Source of the DNA: Nitrospirota bacterium
GTDB taxonomy: Bacteria > Nitrospirota > Thermodesulfovibrionia > Thermodesulfovibrionales > SM23-35
Direction of reading: 5' to 3'
NCBI GenBank assembly: GCA_040757475.1
Contig: JBFLWW010000001.1
Coordinates: 55,769-119,768 of the forward strand
DNA: 64,000 nt
Shown here: piece after piece, positions 1 through 10,417 of the stretch
Layout of the letters: every line of letters starts with the position of its first letter
How positions within the stretch are numbered: position 1 is the first letter of the stretch
Notes under the pieces: model-generated
What the model saw: the letters and a program-made list of their open reading frames with translations, nothing else
Told to the model about the DNA's origin: nothing
Database searches by the model: none
Position numbers and translations under genes: made by a program

Positions 1-67
1 AAAATTAAAAATGTAAAATTAAGGAAAAAAATTAAATTTTGATTTTGTATACAGAGGAGATTTAAAA

Positions 68-1396
68 ATGGAAAGACCAAAAGACAAAAAGGATGTGATG
101 GAGCTTGTAAAAAAACATGATGTGAAGTTCATCAGGCTCTGGTTTACTGATATTCATGGTCAGCTAAAGAGTTTTGCAATTCCTGTAGAGGAACTTGAAT
201 TTGCATTTGATGAGGGCATGGGTTTTGATGGCTCATCAATCAAGGGCTTTGCGAGGATTGATGAGAGCGATATGATTGCAAGGCCCGACCCAACTACCTT
301 TGTAATTCTTCCATGGAGGCCAAAGGAAAGGGCTGTTGCGAGGATGTTCTGCGATATCTATGAACCAGATGGTTCTCCATATAAGGGAGACCCAAGATAT
401 ATCCTTAAGCTAAACCTTGAGAAGGCAAAACAGAAGGGGGTTACCTTTTATCTTGGACCTGAACTTGAATACTTCTATTTTAAATCTGACAAGAGTCCTG
501 ATACCCTTGATGAAGGTGGTTATTTTGATTATCCTACGGATGCTGCAGAAGACCTTAGGCGTGATACTATCTTAGCCCTTGAATCCATGGGTATAAAGGT
601 GGAGTATTCCCATCATGAGGTAGCCCATTCCCAGCATGAGATAGATTTAAGATATGAAGAGGCTCTGACAATGGCTGATATAGTAATGACTCACAGGGTA
701 ATTATGAAGGAGATTGCCAAACAATACAATGTCTATGCTACATTTATGCCAAAGCCAATATTTGGCCAGAATGGAAGTGGTATGCATACACACCAGTCCC
801 TTTTTGAAGGCGACAGGAATGCCTTCTTTGACCCAAAGGACAAGTATTATCTATCAGATATAGCAAAGAAATTTATTGCAGGACAGCTTACACATATAAA
901 AGAGATTACGCTGGTTCTGAACCAATGGGTGAACTCTTATAAGAGGCTTGTCCCCGGGTATGAAGCACCTGTCTATATCTGTTGGGCAAGGCGAAACAGG
1001 TCTACCCTTGTGAGGGTTCCCCTTTATAAGCCAGGCAAGGAGAAGGCAACACGTATAGAGCTCCGTTCACCCGACCCTGCCTGTAATCCTTATCTTGCCT
1101 TTGCCTGTATGCTTCAGGCAGGACTCAAAGGCATCGAGAAAGGTTATCAGCTTCCTGAGCCTATTGAGATGGATGTTTATCACCTTTCTGATGAGGATAG
1201 AAAAAAATATAACATAGACTGCCTCCCTGGAAGCCTTATAGAGGCAATAGAATATGCAGAAAAGAGCGAACTTCTAAGGGAAACACTCGGCGACCATATT
1301 TTTGAACAGCTTATAACCAGCAAAAGAGTGGAGTGGGATGACTATAGAATAAGGATTCACCCTTATGAGATAGAGCGGTATCTGCCGATTCTTTAA
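68..1396 (+). CDS. glnA: glutamine synthetase, type I
   Basis: 442-aa ORF with GS-I motifs (NGSGMHTHQSLF, RVPLYKPGKEKATRIELRSPD). SD-like GAGGAG lies just upstream of the ATG. Confidence 0.95.
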   Translation: MERPKDKKDVMELVKKHDVKFIRLWFTDIHGQLKSFAIPVEELEFAFDEGMGFDGSSIKGFARIDESDMIARPDPTTFVILPWRPKERAVARMFCDIYEPDGSPYKGDPRYILKLNLEKAKQKGVTFYLGPELEYFYFKSDKSPDTLDEGGYFDYPTDAAEDLRRDTILALESMGIKVEYSHHEVAHSQHEIDLRYEEALTMADIVMTHRVIMKEIAKQYNVYATFMPKPIFGQNGSGMHTHQSLFEGDRNAFFDPKDKYYLSDIAKKFIAGQLTHIKEITLVLNQWVNSYKRLVPGYEAPVYICWARRNRSTLVRVPLYKPGKEKATRIELRSPDPACNPYLAFACMLQAGLKGIEKGYQLPEPIEMDVYHLSDEDRKKYNIDCLPGSLIEAIEYAEKSELLRETLGDHIFEQLITSKRVEWDDYRIRIHPYEIERYLPIL

Positions 1397-1435
1397 AAAT
1401 TTTATTTCCTGATTTAAACTGTGGTAAAATTATAA

Positions 1436-1900
1436 ATGAAAGTGGTCTGCCAGAACAGAAAGGCATATCACGATTACCATATTGAGGAGACCTTAGAGGC
1501 AGGCATTGCTCTTTTAGGAACAGAGGTAAAATCCCTGAGAGAAGGGAAGGCAAACCTGAAGGATAGCTATGTGATTGTTAAGGACTCAGAGGTATTTCTC
1601 CTGAATTGTCATGTCAGTCCTTACAGTCACGGAAATATCTCAAACTATGACCCTGTCAGGACGAGAAAGCTCCTTCTCCACAGGGCTGAAATAGAAAGAC
1701 TCAGTGGCAAAACAACGCATAAGGGATATACATTAATACCCCTGAAGATTTATTTTAAGGACAGCAGGGCAAAGGTTGAGATAGGCCTTGCAAAAGGCAA
1801 AAGGCTTTTTGAAAAAAGGGAGACAATAAAAGAGAGAGAGGCCAGGCGAGAGATCGCAAGAGCCATAAAAGGGGGTGAAAGGGCTCGACGGGGGCTATGA
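1436..1900 (+). CDS. smpB: SsrA-binding protein SmpB
   Basis: 154-aa ORF with a typical SmpB N-terminus ([25 protein letters not shown]) and a basic C-tail. The tmRNA gene follows immediately. Confidence 0.93.
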   Translation: MKVVCQNRKAYHDYHIEETLEAGIALLGTEVKSLREGKANLKDSYVIVKDSEVFLLNCHVSPYSHGNISNYDPVRTRKLLLHRAEIERLSGKTTHKGYTLIPLKIYFKDSRAKVEIGLAKGKRLFEKRETIKEREARREIARAIKGGERARRGL

Positions 1901-2216
1901 GGCTCAGGTGGCATGTCGTGGTTCCATCACCACGCTAAAAGATGGAAACAAACACAAACGCCAATAGTGAATTGGCACTCGCTGCTTAATTAAAGCAGCA
2001 CGCTACCCTGAGATTGCCTGTGTTTCGGGGATAGCGTCGGACAGCAGGCTGGCTACAGGGATTGCCCCTGACCCTGGTGCGAGATTAAGGGGGATGGAGT
2101 CTCAGGGAGCCTGCCTGCTGGCAACCTGAGATTCGAGACTGAGTAAACAGGATAAACATGTAGAAGCCTGAGAGTAGTGCTTTCGGACGCGGGTTCAATT
2201 CCCGCCACCTCCACCA
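1871..2216 (+). ncRNA. ssrA: tmRNA (transfer-messenger RNA)
   Basis: 5' GGGGGTGAAAGGGCTCGACGGGG pairs with 3' CACCTCC-ACCA, forming a 7-bp acceptor stem with G3:U. The T-arm is GCGGG-TTCAATT-CCCGC. An internal tag frame ends ..GCC AAT AGT GAA TTG GCA CTC GCT GCT TAA (ANSELALAA) at 1960-1989 and is followed by the hairpin GCTGCTT/AAGCAGC. Confidence 0.9.
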
Positions 2217-2315
2217 TCCTATTCAGTTTTTCTTCGAATACCTGGTTGAAAAACTCCTTCTATATATTGGAAAATGTATGGTGTCATGATATAGTGAGTA
2301 GCTGAGATTTTTTAA

Positions 2316-2981
2316 GTGAAAAAGGGATTCTTTTTATTTTTAGCCATATCGCTTATAGCAGTTTCCTTGTTTGCTCAGGCAGAGACAGAGGTCTCACTTA
2401 GGTTCAGCAGACAGGAAGGTCAGGTGCGTATTGTGCTTGATGCAGGACACGGAGGCTATGACTTTGGGATTATCTCTGGAGATGTGAAGGAGAAAGACAT
2501 CAGTCTGAATCTAACTAAAGATTTAGGTGCAGTCCTTTCAAAGAAAGGTAAAAAGGTTTTTCTTACGCGTAAGGTTGACCAGTACATATCACTCATTGAT
2601 AGGATAACCCTCGTTAACCAGAAGAGCCCTGAGGTATTTATAAGTATCCATTCTTCAATGTCTGAGAATTTCGTCCTTTACAGTCCTGAGTTTGAAGAAC
2701 AAGGTTCTGATGAAATAGTTGACCTTTACAACCTATCATCGAGACAGAAAAAATATATCGGAAAAAGCAAGGCTCTTTCAGATTGCATTGGAGAGGCAAT
2801 AAAAGATGAGTTCAAGGTAGATGTTATTCGCAGAGAGATGTTTCTTCCTATACTCAATTCTGCTGGTGCACCTTCTGTTTTAATCGAATTCCCTTCACCG
2901 AAATTTGTGGTTTATGACCAGGAGATGAGGGCGAGACTTGTAAATTCGATTATCAATGGAATCACAGCATATGAATATTAA
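2316..2981 (+). CDS. N-acetylmuramoyl-L-alanine amidase (amidase_3 family), secreted
   Basis: GTG start and a signal peptide. Motifs: VLDAGHGGYDFG, EKDISLNL and FISIHSS. Confidence 0.8.
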   Translation: MKKGFFLFLAISLIAVSLFAQAETEVSLRFSRQEGQVRIVLDAGHGGYDFGIISGDVKEKDISLNLTKDLGAVLSKKGKKVFLTRKVDQYISLIDRITLVNQKSPEVFISIHSSMSENFVLYSPEFEEQGSDEIVDLYNLSSRQKKYIGKSKALSDCIGEAIKDEFKVDVIRREMFLPILNSAGAPSVLIEFPSPKFVVYDQEMRARLVNSIINGITAYEY

Positions 2982-3531
2982 AAGGCTATCTGGCATAATA
3001 CTGCTGATATTACTTTTTCTGTGCGGTGCTGCAGGCGGATATTTTTATTTCTCGAAGGTCTTTTCTAAGGACAGGCCCCCTACAGAAGAGATAGTTGAGA
3101 CATTAACTAAGACAGAAGACCTGTTTTCTCTGAGGATTTATTATCCTGTAGGTGATCGGCTCCAGATGGAAGAAAGGAGGATTCTGAGGAGGACTGCACA
3201 GATGGCGATTGCAGAGGCTATAGTAGAAGAATTCCTTAAGGGGCCTGCAGGTGTAATGGTATCAAATATACCGAAAGATGCAAGGCTTCTCGGTCTATAT
3301 AAAGATACAGAGATGATACTCTATGTTGATCTGTCAGACGAGTTTCGTAGGAATTTTCAGGGCGATGCTGTTACAGAGTTCCTCCTTCTTAAGGGTCTGT
3401 ATGAGAGCCTTATTTCAAATATACAGGACATCAAAGATGTAAAAGTCCTTATAGAGGGGAAGGAGATAGAAACGCTCGGAGGCCATCTTTATCTCTCATA
3501 TCCTTTAAAAGATATGGTTTCACATGAATAA
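2956..3531 (+). CDS. GerMN-domain protein (membrane-anchored)
   Basis: N-terminal TM helix. The pattern L.IYYP....L..E.R......A.A.VEEFLKGP...S.IP is typical of GerMN. The ATG at 2971 is an alternative start. Confidence 0.6.
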   Translation: MESQHMNIKRLSGIILLILLFLCGAAGGYFYFSKVFSKDRPPTEEIVETLTKTEDLFSLRIYYPVGDRLQMEERRILRRTAQMAIAEAIVEEFLKGPAGVMVSNIPKDARLLGLYKDTEMILYVDLSDEFRRNFQGDAVTEFLLLKGLYESLISNIQDIKDVKVLIEGKEIETLGGHLYLSYPLKDMVSHE

Positions 3532-4333
3532 GAAAGACAGGCCAATTGGTGTCTTTGATTCTGGGATAGGTGGGCTCACAGTTTTAAAGGAGATAATAAA
3601 GGAACTGCCTGATGAAGGCACTATTTATCTCGGCGATACTGCGAGGGTTCCATACGGGATAAGGTCGCCGGAGACAGTCATTAGATATTCATTCGAAAAT
3701 ACGAGATTCCTCTCTTCGAGAGATATTAAAATCCTTGTAGTTGCCTGCAATACCGCATCGTCTGTCAGCCTCGATGCCATCAAAGGGAGCATCCCGATAC
3801 CTGTTATTGGAGTTATTGAGCCAGGTGCAAAGGCTGCTGTCAGGGCTACAAGGAACAAGAAGATCGGGGTTATAGGCACAGAGGCAACAATAAAAAGCAG
3901 TTCTTATACAAAGGCGATCAAGACTATTAATGAAAATATAGAGGTATTCGGTCTTCCATGTCCTTTATTTGTGCCGCTTGTAGAGGAAGGGTGGACAGAG
4001 GGGGATGTTGTTACCTTGATTGCCAAAAGGTATCTTGAGGGAATAAAAGATAAAGGTATAGATACCCTTGTACTCGGATGCACACATTATCCTTTACTGA
4101 AAAAGGTTATATCCTCGGTTATAGGTGAAGATGTAAGACTTATAGACTCTGCAGTTGAGGTAGCACAGGAGATAAAGGCAACTCTCGAGATTGCTGGTTT
4201 AAAGAGGGAACAGAAGGATGTGCCCCTAAGAGAGTTTTATGTAACAGATTCGCCTGAGAGGTTCATAAAAGTCGGCAAGAACTTTCTTGGACAGAAGATA
4301 GAGCATATAGAGAAAATAGCACTCAACTATTAG
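3524..4333 (+). CDS. murI: glutamate racemase
   Basis: Motifs IGVFDSGIGGLTV, VVACNTAS and LGCTHYP. Confidence 0.93.
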   Translation: MNKKDRPIGVFDSGIGGLTVLKEIIKELPDEGTIYLGDTARVPYGIRSPETVIRYSFENTRFLSSRDIKILVVACNTASSVSLDAIKGSIPIPVIGVIEPGAKAAVRATRNKKIGVIGTEATIKSSSYTKAIKTINENIEVFGLPCPLFVPLVEEGWTEGDVVTLIAKRYLEGIKDKGIDTLVLGCTHYPLLKKVISSVIGEDVRLIDSAVEVAQEIKATLEIAGLKREQKDVPLREFYVTDSPERFIKVGKNFLGQKIEHIEKIALNY

Positions 4334-4368
4334 CTGAAAGCTGAGAGCTAAATGCTTAAAGCTGAAAA
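4334..4368. repeat. heptamer array (single arm): CTGAAAG CTGAGAG CTAAATG CTTAAAG CTGAAAA
   Basis: Five consecutive 7-nt units read directly in the murI-rph spacer. Confidence 0.8.
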
Positions 4369-4378
4369 TGGAGGCTGA

Positions 4379-5110
4379 ATGAGACCTGATGGCAGGAAAA
4401 ACAATGAGATACGTGATGTAAGGGTTCACAGGAATTTCGTAGGGACTGCTGAGGGTTCAGTACTGATTTCGATGGGGAATACAAGGGTAATATGTACGGC
4501 CTCCATTGAGGACAAAGTTCCACCTTTTCTGAAGGATCAGAAGAGGGGATGGATAACAGCAGAGTACTCTATGCTTCCACGGTCAACACCGACAAGGATT
4601 ATGAGGGAATCCAGCACAGGCAGGATTGGAGGAAGGACTCATGAGATTCAGAGGCTTATAGGCAGGGCACTCAGGTCTGTTGTTGATCTGTCAACCCTCG
4701 GCGAAAGGACAATGTGGATAGACTGCGATGTAATACAGGCAGACGGAGGCACAAGGACAGCAGCAATAACAGGTGCGTTTATATGCCTCTCAGATGCATT
4801 GAGATATGCACTGAGAAACGGTCTTGTAGAAAAGATGCCAATCAAGGACTATCTTGCTGCTGTAAGCGTAGGGATTGTCAATGGCGAGCCGATGATTGAC
4901 CTCTGTTATTCAGAAGACTCTATAGCAGAGGTGGACATGAATATTGTGATGACAGGAAGCGGAAAGCTCGTCGAGATACAGGGAACTGCAGAGGGGATAC
5001 CTTTTTCAAAGGCAACATTGGATAATCTTATAAAACTTGCAGAAGAGGGTATAAACAGACTTATAGAGATACAGAAAAGGTTAATAGAGGGTGAACCAAT
5101 CAGTTTCTGA
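4379..5110 (+). CDS. rph: ribonuclease PH
   Basis: 243 aa. Starts MRPDGR..NE.R and contains [18 protein letters not shown]. Confidence 0.93.
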   Translation: MRPDGRKNNEIRDVRVHRNFVGTAEGSVLISMGNTRVICTASIEDKVPPFLKDQKRGWITAEYSMLPRSTPTRIMRESSTGRIGGRTHEIQRLIGRALRSVVDLSTLGERTMWIDCDVIQADGGTRTAAITGAFICLSDALRYALRNGLVEKMPIKDYLAAVSVGIVNGEPMIDLCYSEDSIAEVDMNIVMTGSGKLVEIQGTAEGIPFSKATLDNLIKLAEEGINRLIEIQKRLIEGEPISF

Positions 5111-5190
5111 AAAAGCTTCCCTAATATGGTAAAATGAAATTGTATGGGCATTTGGTCCTGAACCGCTACTGGTTCAGGATTGAATCTGTT

Positions 5191-5218
5191 TAGAATTTAG
5201 ATATTAGAGATTAGGATT
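5191..5218. repeat. heptamer array (single arm): TAGAATT TAGATAT TAGAGAT TAGGATT
   Basis: Four consecutive 7-nt units upstream of ftsH. The hairpin TCCTGAACC..GGTTCAGGA lies at about 5155-5179. Confidence 0.75.
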
Positions 5219-5239
5219 TGTCTTTCTGGAGGTAATGGA

Positions 5240-7048
5240 TTGAACATTTATAGAAGTCTGTTTGTCTGGTTATTAATTGGAGTGATGATGATACTTCTTT
5301 TCAATCTTCTAAGTGCTCCCAAGAAGATGGAAGAGGAGATAATATTTTCTGAGTTTATGACCAGGCTTGAGGCAGGTGATGTTGAAGAGGTTGTCATAAA
5401 AGAGAACCATATAACTGGCAGATTAAAAGATGGTAAAAGGTTCAAGACATATGCTGCGGAATATCCTGACCTTGTAAAGATCTTAAGGTTTCAGAATGTA
5501 AGGATTACTGCAAAGCCTGCAGAACAGAACCCATGGTATTGGAACCTCTTTTTCTCATGGGGTCCTATAATCTTCCTCGCCCTTGTCTGGATATTCTTCA
5601 TGCGGCAGATGCAGACAGGCGGTAACAGGGCATTATCCTTTGGCAAGGCAAAGGCAAAACTGGTCTCTGAAAAGTCGGTCAAGGTAACCTTTGCTGATGT
5701 TGCGGGAATAGAAGAGGCAAAGGGAGAGGTTCAGGAGGTTATAGACTTTCTCAAGGATCCCCAGAAGTTTCAGAAGCTCGGAGGTAAGATCCCTAAGGGC
5801 GTACTCTTAGTTGGTGCACCAGGTACAGGTAAGACACTTCTTGCGAGGGCTATTGCAGGTGAAGCTGGAGTGCCTTTCTTCTCGATATCAGGCTCTGACT
5901 TTGTGGAGATGTTTGTTGGAGTTGGTGCATCGAGGGTCAGGGACCTTTTTGAGCAGGCAAAGAAGAATGCACCATGCATTATCTTTATTGACGAGATAGA
6001 TGCTGTTGGACGCCACAGGGGAGCAGGCCTCGGCGGGGGTCATGATGAGCGTGAGCAGACCCTGAATCAGCTCCTCGTAGAGATGGATGGTTTTGAAAGC
6101 AATCAGGGAATCATTATCCTCGCAGCCACAAACAGGCCAGATGTCCTCGACCCTGCACTTCTAAGGCCAGGCAGGTTTGACAGGCAGGTAGTTGTCCCAC
6201 AACCCGATGTAAAGGGAAGACTTGAAATACTTAAGGTTCATACAAGGAACATCCCGGTTGATGAGAGGGTTAGCCTTGAGCAGATAGCCAGAGGAACACC
6301 TGGTTTTTCTGGTGCTGACCTTGCAAATCTTGTTAATGAGGCTGCCTTGCTTGCAGCAAGAAAGTCAAAGAGCAGGGTCGAGATGTCTGATTTTGAAGCA
6401 GCAAAGGATAAGGTGCTGATGGGTGTGGAAAGAAAGAGTATGATAATAAGCGAGACAGAGAAGAGGAATACCGCCTATCATGAGGCAGGCCATGCGCTTG
6501 TCGCAAAGTTAACACCAGGCACTGACCCGATACATAAGGTGAGCATTATCCCGAGGGGGAGGGCCCTCGGTGTTACACAACAGCTTCCTATAGATGACAG
6601 ATACACTTATTCTAAGGACTATCTTATGAAGGCCCTGTCGGTTCTCCTCGGAGGCAGGGCTGCAGAGGAGATCGCATTGAAACATATGACCACAGGGGCT
6701 GGCAATGACCTTGAACGTGCAACAGAGCTTGCGAGAAAGATGGTTACAGAGTGGGGCATGTCTGAAAAGCTTGGCCCCCTTACATTCGGGAAAAAGGATG
6801 AACAGATATTTCTTGGAAGAGAGATAGCAAAGCACAAGGATTACAGTGAAAAGACAGCAATTGATATAGATGAAGAGGTTAAGAGGATAGTGATTGAGTC
6901 ATATAATATATCTAAAAAACTCCTCGCAGAAAAACACGACCTTCTTGATGCACTCGCAAAGGCACTTCTCGAAAAGGAGACCATGGATGGGGCTGAGATA
7001 GATGCAATCATCCGTGAAGTAGAATCAAAAAGGACAGTTCAGGCTTGA
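5240..7048 (+). CDS. ftsH: ATP-dependent zinc metalloprotease FtsH
   Basis: TTG start after GGAGG. Two N-terminal TM helices, Walker [14 protein letters not shown], the SRH region and zinc motif HEAGHA. Confidence 0.96.
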   Translation: MNIYRSLFVWLLIGVMMILLFNLLSAPKKMEEEIIFSEFMTRLEAGDVEEVVIKENHITGRLKDGKRFKTYAAEYPDLVKILRFQNVRITAKPAEQNPWYWNLFFSWGPIIFLALVWIFFMRQMQTGGNRALSFGKAKAKLVSEKSVKVTFADVAGIEEAKGEVQEVIDFLKDPQKFQKLGGKIPKGVLLVGAPGTGKTLLARAIAGEAGVPFFSISGSDFVEMFVGVGASRVRDLFEQAKKNAPCIIFIDEIDAVGRHRGAGLGGGHDEREQTLNQLLVEMDGFESNQGIIILAATNRPDVLDPALLRPGRFDRQVVVPQPDVKGRLEILKVHTRNIPVDERVSLEQIARGTPGFSGADLANLVNEAALLAARKSKSRVEMSDFEAAKDKVLMGVERKSMIISETEKRNTAYHEAGHALVAKLTPGTDPIHKVSIIPRGRALGVTQQLPIDDRYTYSKDYLMKALSVLLGGRAAEEIALKHMTTGAGNDLERATELARKMVTEWGMSEKLGPLTFGKKDEQIFLGREIAKHKDYSEKTAIDIDEEVKRIVIESYNISKKLLAEKHDLLDALAKALLEKETMDGAEIDAIIREVESKRTVQA

Positions 7049-7890
7049 GGCTTGCCTGGAAAGACTTTTTATTAGACTTTTCTAAAAAGACCTATATCAT
7101 GGGAATCCTGAATGTCACACCTGATTCCTTTTCTGAGGATGGTCTGTACTTGGATAAGTCTCAAGCAGTCAAAAGGGCGCTCCAGATGGTCGAGGACGGC
7201 GCTGATATTATTGATATCGGAGGTGAATCAACAAGGCCTGGCTCAGAACCAGTCACCATCGAAGAAGAGTTAAGACGCACCATACCTGTTATTGAGAGAC
7301 TCGCAAAGGAGATTAAAAACCCGATATCCATTGATACATATAAGTCAGAAGTAGCTAAAAGTGCGCTTGATGCAGGAGCAGCGATGGTTAATGATATAAG
7401 CGGATTAAGATTCGACCCTCATATGCCCGAGGTTGTCTCTGAATATAAGGTGCCAGTTATAATAATGCACATAAAGGGAAAACCAAAGGATATGCAGGTA
7501 AATCCAGTATACGAGGCACTAATCCCTGAGATTATGGATTACCTGAGGATAGGTATAAGATTAGCAATGAAATCAGGAATCTCGGAAGATAAGATTATAA
7601 TAGACCCTGGAATTGGCTTTGGTAAGACATTTGACCATAACCTCGAGATAATTAATAACCTTCGTGAATTCACATTCCTAAGAAAGCCAATCCTGATAGG
7701 CCCATCAAGAAAGGCATTCATAGGAAAGATCCTTGGAGATGTGCCTGTAACAGATAGGCTTGAAGGTACTGCAGCAGCGGTCACCATCTCTATAATGAAT
7801 GGTGCAAATATAATCCGTGTTCATGATGTTAAGGAGATGGTAAGGGTTGCAAAGGTGGCAGATGCAATAAAAAGGGAAAGGGTTAGTTAA
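7045..7890 (+). CDS. folP: dihydropteroate synthase
   Basis: Motifs [11 protein letters not shown] and [13 protein letters not shown]. The gene overlaps ftsH by 4 nt. Confidence 0.93.
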   Translation: MRLAWKDFLLDFSKKTYIMGILNVTPDSFSEDGLYLDKSQAVKRALQMVEDGADIIDIGGESTRPGSEPVTIEEELRRTIPVIERLAKEIKNPISIDTYKSEVAKSALDAGAAMVNDISGLRFDPHMPEVVSEYKVPVIIMHIKGKPKDMQVNPVYEALIPEIMDYLRIGIRLAMKSGISEDKIIIDPGIGFGKTFDHNLEIINNLREFTFLRKPILIGPSRKAFIGKILGDVPVTDRLEGTAAAVTISIMNGANIIRVHDVKEMVRVAKVADAIKRERVS

Positions 7891-9302
7891 TGAGGACAAC
7901 ACCGAGCCCCAGCTACAGCGTAACACTCAGACTTGAGATAATAAATCAGGTTGGTATGTTTGGAAAGATTGGTACTGCTATCGGTGAGGTGGGTGGAGAT
8001 ATCGGAGCTGTTGATATTGTTAGAGTCGGGAAAGGCGTGATTGTGAGAGACATCACTGTTAATGCACGGGACGAGGCGCATGAAAAGGATATTGTTGATG
8101 CTGTTAGAAAGATTGAAGGGGTCAGGGTTATCCATGTCTCAGACAGGACATTTTTACTACACCACGGTGGGAAGATAGAGATACATAATAGAGTGCCTGT
8201 AAAAAACCGCGACGATCTCTCAAGGGTCTATACTCCGGGGGTTGCGCGTGTATGCATGGCAATATATCACGATAAAGAGAGGGCTTACAGGTTCACGATA
8301 AAGAGGAATTCAGTAGCAATAGTAACAGATGGAAGTGCGGTCCTCGGCCTTGGAGACATCGGGCCTGAGGCAGCAATGCCTGTTATGGAAGGGAAGGCGA
8401 TGCTCTTTAAGGAATTTGCAAATATTGATGCCTTTCCGATTTCTCTTTCGACAACGGATACTGAGGAAATAATCAAGACCATAAAATACATCTCACCTGC
8501 CTTTGGAGGTATAAACCTCGAGGATATCTCCTCTCCACGGTGTTTTGAGATAGAGGAGAGGCTCAAACAGGAACTCGACATTCCTGTCTTTCATGACGAC
8601 CAGCACGGCACAGCAGTTGTGATCTTAGCTGCACTTATCAATGCAGTAAAGGTAGTGGGCAAACAACTGGAAAAGCTGAAAATAATTATTTCAGGTGCTG
8701 GTGCTGCAGGAACAACGTGCTGTAAGATACTTAAAGAAGTGGGCATAATAGATATAGTTGTTTGCGACAGGGAAGGTACAATTTATAAAGACAGAAAAGT
8801 GCATATGAATCCTGTGAAGATATGGCTTTCAGAAAATACAAATCCGAGGATGATTAAAGGAAGCCTCTCAGATGCGATGGATGGTGCGGATGTCTTCATA
8901 GGAGTCTCTGCGCCAAACCTTATAACAGTTGATGATATTAAAAGGATGGCCTCTGACCCTATTGTCTTTGTCCTTGCTAATCCGGAACCAGAGATAGTCC
9001 CTGATGATGCATCGCCCCATGTTCGGGTCCTCGCAACTGGAAGGTCTGATTATCCAAACCAGATTAATAATATGCTCTGTTTTCCCGGACTATTCAGAGG
9101 GCTCCTTGATTCGAGGGCCAGAACTGTTAATGAAGAGATCAAGCTTGCTGCTGCGAGGGCAATAGCCTCAATAGTTGATGAGAAGGAACTGAGTGAAGAC
9201 TATATCGTACCGAGTATCTTTGATAGAAGGGTTGTCACAACAGTTGCCGCAGGTGTTTCGGATGCAGCCTATAGGAGTGGTGTAGCGCGGAAGGAGAAAT
9301 AA
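7890..9302 (+). CDS. NAD(P)-dependent malic enzyme with N-terminal ACT domain
   Basis: About 75 aa of ACT-like N-terminus, then the malic-enzyme core (VYTPGVA, VTDGSAVLGLGD, FHDDQHGTAVV, GAGAAG). Confidence 0.88.
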   Translation: MRTTPSPSYSVTLRLEIINQVGMFGKIGTAIGEVGGDIGAVDIVRVGKGVIVRDITVNARDEAHEKDIVDAVRKIEGVRVIHVSDRTFLLHHGGKIEIHNRVPVKNRDDLSRVYTPGVARVCMAIYHDKERAYRFTIKRNSVAIVTDGSAVLGLGDIGPEAAMPVMEGKAMLFKEFANIDAFPISLSTTDTEEIIKTIKYISPAFGGINLEDISSPRCFEIEERLKQELDIPVFHDDQHGTAVVILAALINAVKVVGKQLEKLKIIISGAGAAGTTCCKILKEVGIIDIVVCDREGTIYKDRKVHMNPVKIWLSENTNPRMIKGSLSDAMDGADVFIGVSAPNLITVDDIKRMASDPIVFVLANPEPEIVPDDASPHVRVLATGRSDYPNQINNMLCFPGLFRGLLDSRARTVNEEIKLAAARAIASIVDEKELSEDYIVPSIFDRRVVTTVAAGVSDAAYRSGVARKEK

Positions 9303-9359
9303 TTGAGACCCGAATGTGCGTGTCAAATATCTGTGACTTTGTGATATGATTTTTCTGGT

Positions 9360-10352
9360 ATGCCTGAATTGAGATTAAACCTGATAACAAGGGAGTGGGT
9401 TATTATTGCTACTGAAAGGGCAAAAAGACCTGAAGATTTCAGGCAGAAAAGGGACAAGAAGATATTGCCGGAATTTCTTGAATCCTGCCCATTCTGCCCT
9501 GGCAATGAGCATAAGACACCGAATGAGATAATGAGGATGCCGGATGATGGTAGCTGGCTCGTCAGGGTTATACCGAATAAGTTTGCAGCCCTTTCCTCGG
9601 TGGGTCAGAGGCTCAGGAAAAACGAAGGAATGAAACATCTTGTAACAGGTACAGGCAGACACGAGGTGATAATAGAATCTCCCTTACATAATATGCCCAC
9701 CGCTCTCCTTTCTGTTGGGGATATAGCCAATATAATAAAGACTTACAAAAACAGGTTCGTTGCTGTCTACAATGACCCTTTAATCGAGCATGTCATTATC
9801 TTTAAAAACCAGGGCGAGAGTTCAGGCACATCCATTGTGCATCCCCATTCACAGCTAATTGGAGCTCCAGTTACACCCATTCAGGTAAGAGACAGGATAT
9901 TCGAGGCAAGAAGGTATTTCGACAACACAGGTGAATGTATGATGTGCGCATCCCTCAGAGATGAGCTTGCTGATGGAAGGAGGGTCATATTAAATACAGA
10001 GCACTTTGTTACATTTATACCCTATGCTGCTTTATCTCCATTTCATACATGGATCTTCCCAAAAAGACATACTGCCACCTTTGGAGACATACGCGATGAG
10101 GAAATAGTTGACCTTGCATATAACCTGAAAACAATACTATCTAAACTCCATTATGGCTTGGACAACCCTGATTTCAACTATGTCATACGTTCAGAAAGCC
10201 TTAGAGAATGTGGCTCAGAATACTTCCACTGGTATCTGAGTATCGTTCCCCGCCTTATACAGGCATCTGGCTTTGAACTCGGTTCGGGTATGTACACCAA
10301 TACATCCATCCCTGAGGAGGTTGCAGAGTTTTTGAGAAAAGTTAAGCTTTAA
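9360..10352 (+). CDS. galT: galactose-1-phosphate uridylyltransferase-type (HIT superfamily) nucleotidyltransferase
   Basis: N-terminal zinc motif CPFCPGNE, active site HPHSQ, and a second half-domain with WIFPKRH. Confidence 0.8.
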   Translation: MPELRLNLITREWVIIATERAKRPEDFRQKRDKKILPEFLESCPFCPGNEHKTPNEIMRMPDDGSWLVRVIPNKFAALSSVGQRLRKNEGMKHLVTGTGRHEVIIESPLHNMPTALLSVGDIANIIKTYKNRFVAVYNDPLIEHVIIFKNQGESSGTSIVHPHSQLIGAPVTPIQVRDRIFEARRYFDNTGECMMCASLRDELADGRRVILNTEHFVTFIPYAALSPFHTWIFPKRHTATFGDIRDEEIVDLAYNLKTILSKLHYGLDNPDFNYVIRSESLRECGSEYFHWYLSIVPRLIQASGFELGSGMYTNTSIPEEVAEFLRKVKL

Positions 10353-10355
10353 TAA

Positions 10356-10414
10356 GCATAGAGCTAAGAGCGAAGAGTGAATAGTCAAAAACTCTATGCT
10401 CTTTGCTCTCTGCT
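10356..10414. repeat. two-arm heptamer element (GCATAGA GCTAAGA GCGAAGA GTGAATA GTCAAAA / ACTCTAT GCTCTTT GCTCTCT GCT)
   Basis: It fills the convergent galT/cooC spacer. The right-arm units complement the left-arm units, so it probably also acts as a bidirectional terminator. Confidence 0.8.
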
Positions 10415-10417
10415 AAT

